Positions 9,330 through 17,071 of a stretch of DNA of 20,321 nucleotides are shown here, piece by piece (the stretch's first letter is position 1; each line of letters starts with the position of its first letter). The position numbers were made by a program, and so were the translations under genes. Origin of the DNA: Promethearchaeota archaeon (GTDB lineage: Archaea > Asgardarchaeota > Lokiarchaeia > Sigyniarchaeales > SOKP01); contig JBHLLU010000064.1 in the NCBI GenBank assembly GCA_048938895.1, positions 1 through 20,321 of the forward strand, in the 5' to 3' direction. The notes under the pieces are model-generated. The model saw nothing but the letters and a program-made list of their open reading frames with translations. It was not told the DNA's origin and did no database searches.

Positions 9330-9527
9330 TATTATGTTCTCTGAAACATAATGATTGAACGAGTTATTTTAATATATTACTATAACATTAAGTTATTTCA
9401 AATTATCTAATACTCAGTAAAAATGATTTATTTTAATTTATATTAACTATTATAACCGATTCATCTTTTTCTAATTTAGAGAAAAAAATAAGTTATATAC
9501 AGGTGAATTAGAATTCACAAATTTAAA

Positions 9528-10472
9528 ATGGATCTTCAAGATTCTGGGTCAGAATTTGATATTGCAATAGATAAAGTTGGGATTGTCGGACTAGAGAAAA
9601 AAGTTGAAATTGTACAAGAGAATAAAAAATACTCATTTTATCCTAAGATTTCTGCACTAATAAACCTTCCTGCTCAGCAACGTGGCATTCATATGTCGAG
9701 GACTTCGGAAACTATAGAAGAAGTGATAAACGAGGTAATCTTTAAACCCACTCCAACAATCGAGTTAGTTGGAGATAGGATAATTCGAAAATTATTAGAA
9801 AAGCATCCATATACTTCAAAAGCGGAAGTGAAATTAGAAGGAAAGATTGTAGTTCAAGTCAGAGAAAATAATACAAGAAATATCCAAAAATCTTACGATA
9901 TTAGCTCTTTTGTTAAAGCTAAAAGAAAAGGAATTGGTGAAATTGATTACATATATTTTATTGGGGCTAGTGCTGTAGGAATGACGGTATGTCCCTGTGC
10001 CAAGGAGATGTCACAAGAATATGCTGCTGAAGTCATCAAAACACGGAAAGATATTAATGTTTCAGAAGAGGACCTTAAAAAATTAATCAATATTCTTCCA
10101 TTTTCATCACATAATCAGAGATCAATTGGAACGATAATCCTGCAGATAAAAGATCTATCTAACCATAAAATTGATGTTTTAGATATAATCGATGTGATAG
10201 AAGAATCTATGAGCGGTAAAATCCAATCCGTATTAAAGAGACCAGAGGAAGCTGAATTGGTAAGAACTGCTCACCTAAAACCACTATTCTCTGAAGATGT
10301 TATAAGAGAAATGGCAAAGAATTTCATTCTAAGAGATTTTCCAAATCTTGAAAATAATTTTGAAATTAAATTTAAAATTGAATCTTTAGAAAGCATACAT
10401 TTACATAATGTATATGCTGAATTAAAAACTACAATAGGGGAATTAAAAAACAAATTACAAGCAAAAAATTAA
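9528..10472 (+). CDS. mptA: GTP cyclohydrolase MptA (FolE2/GCYH-IB family)
   Basis: DLQD..IDKVGI, QRGIHMSR, GMTVCPCA, SHNQRS, LKRPEE, FSEDVIR, ESIHLHNVYA; GGTGA upstream. Confidence 0.88.
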   Translation: MDLQDSGSEFDIAIDKVGIVGLEKKVEIVQENKKYSFYPKISALINLPAQQRGIHMSRTSETIEEVINEVIFKPTPTIELVGDRIIRKLLEKHPYTSKAEVKLEGKIVVQVRENNTRNIQKSYDISSFVKAKRKGIGEIDYIYFIGASAVGMTVCPCAKEMSQEYAAEVIKTRKDINVSEEDLKKLINILPFSSHNQRSIGTIILQIKDLSNHKIDVLDIIDVIEESMSGKIQSVLKRPEEAELVRTAHLKPLFSEDVIREMAKNFILRDFPNLENNFEIKFKIESLESIHLHNVYAELKTTIGELKNKLQAKN

Positions 10473-10490
10473 ATAACTTTTTAGTGGAAT

Positions 10491-11696
10491 TTATTTCCTA
10501 TTATTTACAAAGTGCTTTATTACAATTATATAACTTTTAACAGGTAAAATTTTTGGATTTTTTTTATAACTAGCTGGAATTGGAGCATTGCACCTAGAAC
10601 ACAAGTTTGAACTTCTCAACCAATCCCTAAATTCATCTGCATGAGCAGGATATCTACAATTTGGGCATAAAATTATTCCCCTTCCTCTATCTTCGGGAAG
10701 TTTAGGCAATTTAAAACAAAAAATGCATTTAAAATCCTCTTTTGATAAGCGTGCTGCATTAGGTTTATATATATTAAAATTAGTTATTTTTCTCATACTC
10801 TTTTGGCTACGTACTTGACTTCCTGTTGATCCTGTCCTTGTAGTTTTAGTTGATGTTTTAACACTTGTAGTTGCAGATCTTCTCTGTGAGGTCGGTGTTG
10901 ATCTTGATGAATGACTTACAGTTCTTGATCTATTAGTCACAGTTCTAATTGAAGGTGTTGGAGTTGCTCTTATAGTTGTCCGAGTGCTTTCTCTATATCT
11001 TCTTGGCGTTGTATTAGATCTAGGTGTTGTTAATTGGTTTAATCTATTTGTACGTTGAGTGATATAATCTCTAGTTAGCTGGGGCAATCGGGATCTTGTT
11101 CCAAATAATCCCGGAATAATTATTATTAAGATTGTAACTATAAGCAATATCAAAAGATTAAGATCTACAAAGAGATGAGCAGGTAGGAAATAAGGATCAT
11201 AAAAGTCGACAAGAGAATAAAAACTTAACCAATATATTACAATGAAAAGCACAATTGAAATACTCAAGATATAACCAAATTTACGCGCATCGATAGATTT
11301 AGTACCAAAATAAATCACATTATATTTCTTAAAGCAACGATAAAGAGAGATTGAACCATATAAAATATAGGGAGACCCGAATAGAATACTCCACCAACTT
11401 AAATATAAATCGGTACTTTCTAAAAGATTTTCACCTAACAAACCTGTAAAATTCCCCCAAATTGAATAAAAGATTCCAATAAAAAGAGGAGCTATAGTAA
11501 AAAATGCGGTATTATGAGGTGAGTTATATTCGCGGTGCTGTTTAATGTTTTTTAAAACTTTAAAAGAAAATATTAACCAGATCCCAATCAATAACCAGCT
11601 AATAAAGACATTAACGGAATTTAGGATTGCCCCATGAATTATTCCTATAATTGTAAACACAAGGAGTAGTAGGACTATTGATTTAGTTTTTACCAC
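10491..11696 (-). CDS. Multi-pass membrane protein with C-terminal RING-variant zinc finger (putative E3 ligase)
   Basis: About 6 hydrophobic segments in residues ~7-200, then a ~100 aa Thr/Ser/Arg-rich low-complexity linker. It ends in C-x2-C-x16-C-x2-C-x4-H-x2-E-x3-W-x6-C-x2-C (nt 10590-10727). Last gene of the Ubl-E1-E2-JAMM run. Confidence 0.72.
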   Translation of the reverse strand: MVKTKSIVLLLLVFTIIGIIHGAILNSVNVFISWLLIGIWLIFSFKVLKNIKQHREYNSPHNTAFFTIAPLFIGIFYSIWGNFTGLLGENLLESTDLYLSWWSILFGSPYILYGSISLYRCFKKYNVIYFGTKSIDARKFGYILSISIVLFIVIYWLSFYSLVDFYDPYFLPAHLFVDLNLLILLIVTILIIIIPGLFGTRSRLPQLTRDYITQRTNRLNQLTTPRSNTTPRRYRESTRTTIRATPTPSIRTVTNRSRTVSHSSRSTPTSQRRSATTSVKTSTKTTRTGSTGSQVRSQKSMRKITNFNIYKPNAARLSKEDFKCIFCFKLPKLPEDRGRGIILCPNCRYPAHADEFRDWLRSSNLCSRCNAPIPASYKKNPKILPVKSYIIVIKHFVNNRK

Positions 11697-11725
11697 CGCT
11701 TTTAAACCACCTTGAATTTTATTAT

Positions 11726-12559
11726 TTAATCTTCATCATATTCTAGATATACCGGCTTTCCCTGAATAATGGGATTCATAAAATTTAGTATTTCTGGAAG
11801 CATGCGAATGTCTAGTGACCCTTTAATACCATAAACTAAGGGATACCAACTCTTAGTGGTTAAATCAGCACGATAAATTTCAAAGCCTGCTGAAGTTCCG
11901 TTAATAAGGTATGGATCTATAACAAGTGCAACAGCTTTATTCCAAAGTTTTTGGTATCTTGCTTGAGTGCCAATATCTTCGTTAGACATAAAACATCCAT
12001 AAGAAGGATGACTATGTGCCCAACCACAAATAAATAACTTTTGTTTTTTAATATCTTGAAAGGCTCTAGCATAATTTCTATAATCTTTTATTTCAGCATA
12101 CACTGCTGTTCCATGACCCATAGGATAGTAATCCTCAATATGTAAAATGCCATATCTATCAATTACTTTTCCTGCAAGTAGTCCTATTACTTCTACCCAA
12201 TTTCGTTTGGGAATTCTAGAATTCGCATACTTAAGGGCATGACTTGCTACTTTTAGAATTGCTTTTACTGAAATGTATACTTCCTTTTCTATTTTTTCAT
12301 CATTATTACTTATTTCCTCTACGTTTATTGTGTCTGATCTAGCCTGAATGGTATTTGAATGCTTAATTGTTTGCTTTTCGGGAGTTTTTTTAGAAATCAT
12401 CGAGCTAATTTCATTAACTAATTCTTTTTCTTCAAATTTTAATTCTTCATAAATTTCTTCTAATAGTTCCTTTTTAATTATGTCTTTAATTTTCAATTTT
12501 ATCGTCTCTTTAATAGAGTCTATATGTTTATTTTCTTCTCCCATTCTGTTTTTCACCAC
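11726..12559 (-). CDS. JAMM/MPN+ metallo-isopeptidase (Rpn11/AMSH-like) with N-terminal helical extension; ATG at 12544 is a likely alternative start
   Basis: ISVKAILKVASHA, catalytic EVIGLL, GWAHSHPSYGCFMSNED (HxH-x7-S-x2-D), ALVIDP. Confidence 0.92.
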   Translation of the reverse strand: MVKNRMGEENKHIDSIKETIKLKIKDIIKKELLEEIYEELKFEEKELVNEISSMISKKTPEKQTIKHSNTIQARSDTINVEEISNNDEKIEKEVYISVKAILKVASHALKYANSRIPKRNWVEVIGLLAGKVIDRYGILHIEDYYPMGHGTAVYAEIKDYRNYARAFQDIKKQKLFICGWAHSHPSYGCFMSNEDIGTQARYQKLWNKAVALVIDPYLINGTSAGFEIYRADLTTKSWYPLVYGIKGSLDIRMLPEILNFMNPIIQGKPVYLEYDED

Positions 12560-13080
12560 TTTTTAGTAGCATACTTTTTAACAAGAGTTTTTACTTTTTT
12601 TTCAAAAAGTTTCTGATTTTTCATCATTTCTATTGCTGCCTTTTTATTGAAAACATCAGTTGGATTTACATACTTACCTCGTGTGTTTAACATGGCGATT
12701 ATCGCCTGAACGACAGTAACAGCTGATTTTGATGGACTCCAGCCACCCTTTTTTCCAACTAGTGATGGATCTACTAATGCCAAACATATATTTCTCTGTC
12801 CTTTATATTCACTCGGCTTTGCCCAAAAATTCGGATGCCAAATCGGTGTGTGTAATCTAACAAATGGTGGCTGCTTAGGATACTGAGTAGGAAATCTCAT
12901 TTCTAACTTAAAGAGACCACCTGCATAAGCCGTACCCTTGGGACCTTTAATAGTCATTGCTAAATGATCTATACTCTTTCTTTGAGGATTAAATGGTTTT
13001 AACTGAATTATAGTTCCTTGTTTATATAATTTTTTTAATCCAGCAAAATCTTGGGAGATCCGACTACTTCTTATACTCAT
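12553..13080 (-). CDS. Ubiquitin-conjugating enzyme E2
   Basis: IKGPKGTAYAGGLFKLEMRFPTQYPKQPP, TPIWHPN, catalytic Cys in NICL, WSP, NPTDVFNKKAA. Confidence 0.93.
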   Translation of the reverse strand: MSIRSSRISQDFAGLKKLYKQGTIIQLKPFNPQRKSIDHLAMTIKGPKGTAYAGGLFKLEMRFPTQYPKQPPFVRLHTPIWHPNFWAKPSEYKGQRNICLALVDPSLVGKKGGWSPSKSAVTVVQAIIAMLNTRGKYVNPTDVFNKKAAIEMMKNQKLFEKKVKTLVKKYATKKW

Positions 13081-13180
13081 AATCTCAACCCTTTAGATTT
13101 ATTCTTATTCTTTATATTAAATATCTAAATTTATAGTTATATTTTTAATTATTCTATAAAACACACTTTTGTACAAAATC

Positions 13181-14416
13181 TTATTTGAATTTAAGAGTTA
13201 CAAAAATTTCTCCTTCCTTAAATCCTGCAATTGTTAAAAATTCATAATCTCTTAAACCGTTTTGAATTGGATTCTGTTCTAAATCTATCATTTTGACATC
13301 GTTAAAATCCAGTAATGTTATAACAGGTTCTAGATCAGGATCTAGTTTAAAACCATGATTTTCTAAGGTTTTAATTACATTACTACATGGAGAACTTTTA
13401 TTCAACTTCACTACGAATCTTCGAACATCTTTACCACATTGAGAACATTCTGGGTTCCTTTTCTTTTCAATATGATAAAACATCATGGTTATTCCATTAA
13501 AAATAACATATGTTTTGATAGGTTGACCTAAACCCTTATGACCTTTATTCCAATGAAGAATTTTTACAACTTCATGCGATTGTAATGCAGAAATAATTGC
13601 ATTGATGGTTATAATTCCTGGATCATGCCTATCAATAATTTTAACAATATCATCTTCAGTATACTCAGGGAGGAAATTGTGTTTGTTTACCAGTTCATTA
13701 GCAATTTTTTGAATATACTTAATATCATCAATGTTCTTTGGATTGGGGTCCCTGTCAAAGTTTTCCTTAAAGGCCATATCTCCCTTGAAAACACAGTGAA
13801 TTCTTTTTCTCGGTACGCCAACGACTGTACATGCTGCCATCTCATCACTTGCTCCCACTGGGAGAGGATTACATTCATAACATGCATTTTTGTAAGGAAA
13901 AACGGTATAAACATGACCATGGTAACCTGATACTCCTCCATCTACTAAGGGTTTTCTAAATCTAATACACTGAGCATTTAAATTTAAACGAGCGTTCATG
14001 GAGTCGAGACCCCCCACGACAACATCAGCTGCCTTATATAATTCTGGATCCAATCTTTCTAAGGAACTATAATACCCTTTGATAACTATATTCGGATTAA
14101 TTTCACTTAATTTTTTTGCAGCAACATTTGCTTTAGGTTCTCCTAACTTAGCACCTGCAAATAAAATTTGACGATTTAAATTTGAATGTTCTATAATATC
14201 TAGATCTACCAAATCTATATGACCCACACCTAACATTGCTATGTTCTTCGCAATTTCGCATCCTAATCCACCAACTCCCACTATTAAAACTCGAGAATTT
14301 TTTACTAGTTTCTGTGACCATCCCTCAAGTCTAAATTGCCTATCATATAAATTTCGTTCTTCTGATGTTAGATCTTTACTAAAAAAATCTGAACTCTTTT
14401 TCATTATTTTCACCAA
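13181..14416 (-). CDS. Ubiquitin-like activating enzyme E1 (ThiF/MoeB fold with Uba2/Uba3-like catalytic Cys segment); ATG at 14404 likely start
   Basis: YDRQ, VGVGGLGCE, DLDIIEHSNLNRQILF, Zn pairs CYEC and CSQC, catalytic segment ACTVVGVPRKRIHC, and a ~80 aa C-terminal extension in the position of a ubiquitin-fold domain. Confidence 0.92.
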   Translation of the reverse strand: MVKIMKKSSDFFSKDLTSEERNLYDRQFRLEGWSQKLVKNSRVLIVGVGGLGCEIAKNIAMLGVGHIDLVDLDIIEHSNLNRQILFAGAKLGEPKANVAAKKLSEINPNIVIKGYYSSLERLDPELYKAADVVVGGLDSMNARLNLNAQCIRFRKPLVDGGVSGYHGHVYTVFPYKNACYECNPLPVGASDEMAACTVVGVPRKRIHCVFKGDMAFKENFDRDPNPKNIDDIKYIQKIANELVNKHNFLPEYTEDDIVKIIDRHDPGIITINAIISALQSHEVVKILHWNKGHKGLGQPIKTYVIFNGITMMFYHIEKKRNPECSQCGKDVRRFVVKLNKSSPCSNVIKTLENHGFKLDPDLEPVITLLDFNDVKMIDLEQNPIQNGLRDYEFLTIAGFKEGEIFVTLKFK

Positions 14417-14427
14417 TTATGAATATT

Positions 14428-14463
14428 AAAAAATAAAAAAAATTAGGGGCTTAAAGCCCTAAT
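14428..14463 (-). terminator. Hairpin plus T-tract between the Ubl and E1 genes
   Basis: The minus strand reads ATTAGGGCTTTAAGCCCCTAAT (inverted repeat with one bulge, 14442-14463), followed at once by TTTTTTTATTTTTT. Confidence 0.55.
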
Positions 14464-14493
14464 ATGATATTTTATGAAGAGAATTATATAAGT

Positions 14494-14826
14494 CTAACCC
14501 GCAGTACTTGCAGGAATCAAAAGAATATCATCACCATCATTGACATTATAGTCTCTCAAAGAACTATTTTCATCCATTGTAACTCCGCCAGAAGATAAAT
14601 GAAAATCATTTGGATCAAGCCCATAAAGATTACCTAAAGTTCGCTTAATATCTCTTACTTGATTACTGTCATTAACTGTTAATTTTTCTTTTTTTTCTCC
14701 AGGACCAATAGTTGACATGAAATATAAAGTAAGTTTTTTTCCTCCAGAAGGAGTCTTAGAGGCAGGAGTTTTAGATCTTAAAGGTTCCTCCTCACCTAAA
14801 TTTTCATCAAATTCATCAAAACTCAT
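14494..14826 (-). CDS. Ubiquitin-like modifier 1 (beta-grasp fold, acidic N-terminal tail, C-terminal ..LIPASTAG)
   Basis: Ubl pattern LTV...V.DIK...FHLSSGGVTMDENSSLRDYNVNDGDDILLIP; ends in Gly immediately before TAG; directly upstream of E1. Confidence 0.9.
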   Translation of the reverse strand: MSFDEFDENLGEEEPLRSKTPASKTPSGGKKLTLYFMSTIGPGEKKEKLTVNDSNQVRDIKRTLGNLYGLDPNDFHLSSGGVTMDENSSLRDYNVNDGDDILLIPASTAG

Positions 14827-14930
14827 TCAAAACACTTCCTTTTTTTTGTTATTTCTTGATTTTTATTTAGTTATTAATTTTAAACTTAATAAGAACATAT
14901 TAAAAAGATAATATAAAATCAATTGGAATG

Positions 14931-14960
14931 ATTTTGAAGTTTTTTTAAAAACATCAAAAT
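14931..14960. promoter_or_regulatory. 30-bp dyad in the divergent Ubl1/wHTH promoter region (candidate operator)
   Basis: ATTTTGA-A-GTTTTT-TT-AAAAAC-A-TCAAAAT: 13 of 14 arm positions pair. The AT-rich context lowers its significance. Confidence 0.45.
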
Positions 14961-15076
14961 TGAGATGGAGGAAATTACGATTTAGAAGAAATTATACTAT
15001 AAATTGTATGAATGCCTATTAATATATATACAAATATACAAGACCAAAAATTTCAATGCTATAAAAACATAAGCTT

Positions 15077-15748
15077 ATGAATTCTTTGGATAATGCAGAA
15101 TCTATTGTTCTTGAATTAGTAGAAGAGTATTTAGTGAAAAAAACCTTTTTTTCTGTAAGAGAAATTATATCGTTTATTAGTAATAGAGTGAGGTATAATC
15201 CTAATATAAATGAGAATAGAATTGAATTAATCTTAAAGGATTTAATTAAACAAAGAATTATTCTTCCTGGTACAAGATTAATGAAAAACAATATTATTGA
15301 ACATCCAAAAAGGAATGAGATCTTTAATTACATCAAGAAGAATCCCTCAAATATTAATGAAATAATGAAAACCCTGCATATCGGTAGTAATCAAGCTTTA
15401 TGGCATTTATCATGTTTAGAAAAATTCCAATTCGTAAGATCAAAACAAATTAACAATCATAGAGTTTTCTTTAAATTTGAATCAAATCCTAAATATGACG
15501 AGTTATATTATTATTTGAAAAAAGAAATTCTTCAAAAAATAATTCAGTTTATGGATCAAGAGAATAGAGCATTAAAAATTACAGAAATAGCAACTGGTTT
15601 AAAAAAAAATCATAATACAATCAAAAAATACTTGTCTATCTTAACGGATCTGAAATTAATAAATATTGAAAAGGATATTAAGAGAAAACTCTTCAAACTT
15701 AACAAAAAGAATTACATAAAGATAAAAAAATTAATTAATGGTGGTTAA
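15077..15748 (+). CDS. Multi-domain winged helix-turn-helix transcription regulator (ArsR-like tandem wHTH)
   Basis: KRNEIFNYIKKNPSNINEIMKTLHIGSNQALWHLSCLEKFQFV and LKITEIATGLKKNHNTIKKYLSILTDLKLI are two wHTH units; there may be a third at the N-terminus. Confidence 0.8.
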   Translation: MNSLDNAESIVLELVEEYLVKKTFFSVREIISFISNRVRYNPNINENRIELILKDLIKQRIILPGTRLMKNNIIEHPKRNEIFNYIKKNPSNINEIMKTLHIGSNQALWHLSCLEKFQFVRSKQINNHRVFFKFESNPKYDELYYYLKKEILQKIIQFMDQENRALKITEIATGLKKNHNTIKKYLSILTDLKLINIEKDIKRKLFKLNKKNYIKIKKLINGG

Positions 15749-15833
15749 ACAAAAAAACTTCATTTTCATTCCAATCTCATTTAAATTTTAAATATTATAT
15801 TTTACATTCAGAAAACAATCTAATTAAAAAATT

Positions 15834-16625
15834 ATGAAAAAAAAAAATAGAATTTTTAGTATTTTTGCTCTTTTTGCTGTCTGTATTTTTATTTATGTTC
15901 TTTTTTTCTTATTTCGTATCAAAAATTATTCCTTATTTCTCATTCTATCGATTGGTAGTGTTGCTGTTCTATCTACTAGTACTGTGTATACAATTATTCA
16001 ATCTAAAGGTAGTTGGGAAGATAAAATAAAAAGAAAAAAAATACCTGAACCTAAATCAATTAAAATGAAACCTGTTGATATCATTGAATACTATATTGAT
16101 GCTATACCTTTAATTAAAGAGTATGTTGAATCAGATGAAAGTTATAAGGATATGGAAATAATCGATAAGTATATTTTTTCAGTTTTTAGTAAGGAAGAAT
16201 TAATTAAAATAAATCTCCTTGATTTATCTCCAATTGATAAAATTAACTTCATCCAAGAAATGCTTTATTTTGATTCAAATGAAAGAAAGACCTTGTTTGA
16301 AAATATGTTGAGAAATAGAGATAAAGTTGATGAAAAAGTTACTTATACACCGATTCTAAGTACTTATGATACTGAAGACCAGATTCGTGTTTTTATAAGA
16401 TCATTAGTTGAACCCGGTGATAAAACAAAAATATTAATAATTAACACTGATGAATTTATTGGTATATTAAAAGAAAAAATAGGCATAATATTTGATTATA
16501 CTCCAGAAAGTTTTTTACTCTCTTCAGGAGGAATATTGTTAGATGATCAATCACAAATAAAAGACTTCAATATAGTAGATGATGATGAGATAGCTTTAAT
16601 TCCCTCAAGAAAAAATAGAGGATAA
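15834..16625 (+). CDS. Membrane-anchored protein (2 N-terminal TM segments) with C-terminal ubiquitin-like domain ending in Gly
   Basis: Hydrophobic residues ~8-27 and ~33-56. Residues 183-263 (nt 16380-16622) align by eye with the neighbouring Ubls (FLLSSGGILLDDQSQIKDFNIVDDDEIALIP vs FHLSSGGVTMDENSSLRDYNVNDGDDILLIP). It ends ..RKNRG-stop. Confidence 0.82.
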   Translation: MKKKNRIFSIFALFAVCIFIYVLFFLFRIKNYSLFLILSIGSVAVLSTSTVYTIIQSKGSWEDKIKRKKIPEPKSIKMKPVDIIEYYIDAIPLIKEYVESDESYKDMEIIDKYIFSVFSKEELIKINLLDLSPIDKINFIQEMLYFDSNERKTLFENMLRNRDKVDEKVTYTPILSTYDTEDQIRVFIRSLVEPGDKTKILIINTDEFIGILKEKIGIIFDYTPESFLLSSGGILLDDQSQIKDFNIVDDDEIALIPSRKNRG

Positions 16626-16663
16626 AAAAAGTTAATGATATTTTAAATGATCTTTCTATAATT

Positions 16664-17071
16664 TTACCCCGCTGTACTTGCTGGAATTAACAAAATGTCG
16701 TCACCATCATTTATATTGTAATCTTTTAAAAATGAACCCTCATCCATAGTAACTCCACCAGAAGATAAATGAAAATCAGCTGGATCTAATCCAAATAAGT
16801 TTGCTACCGTTTCTTTAATATCTCCAACATTATTGCCCGTATTTACATTTAATTTCTGCTTTTTCTCACCTGGACCAATAGTAGACATGAAATATACGGA
16901 AATCTTTTTCCCTTCAGTAGTAACTCTTAGTGCAGGAGTTTTGGATTCAACTACTTCTTCAGGAGTCTTAGTAGAAGGTTCTTCTAAATCTTCTTCCAAA
17001 TCTTCGTCTAACTCTTCATCTAACTCTTCATCCAAATCCAAATCCTCATCAAAATCATTGTCAAATCCCAT
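16664..17071 (-). CDS. Ubiquitin-like modifier 2 (paralogue of Ubl1, longer acidic tail); start reassigned to ATG 17071
   Basis: The core is near-identical to Ubl1 (YFMSTIGPGEKK, DFHLSSGGVTMDE, NDGDDILLIPASTAG). MGFD matches Ubl1 MSFD, and AGGAGG at 17085-17090 lies upstream. 135 aa. Confidence 0.9.
   Translation of the reverse strand: MGFDNDFDEDLDLDEELDEELDEDLEEDLEEPSTKTPEEVVESKTPALRVTTEGKKISVYFMSTIGPGEKKQKLNVNTGNNVGDIKETVANLFGLDPADFHLSSGGVTMDEGSFLKDYNINDGDDILLIPASTAG
16979..17035 (-). repeat. 12-bp tandem repeat (about 5 copies) encoding L-[DE]-E-[DE] in the Ubl2 tail
   Basis: TTGGATGAAGAG / TTAGATGAAGAG / TTAGACGAAGAT / TTGGAAGAAGAT / TTAGAAGAA on the minus strand. Confidence 0.75.

Noticed and set aside
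11690-14416. Repeated 'MVK' N-termini of E1, JAMM and E3 as a shared signal
   Set aside because: For E1 and JAMM it is best explained by the GGTGA Shine-Dalgarno motif read in frame ahead of downstream ATGs (14404, 12544).
13181-14826. ThiF/MoeB plus ThiS/MoaD sulfur-carrier pair for cofactor synthesis
   Set aside because: The E1 has a thioester-type catalytic Cys segment and sits with E2, JAMM and RING genes; the Ubls lack the GG end of sulfur carriers.
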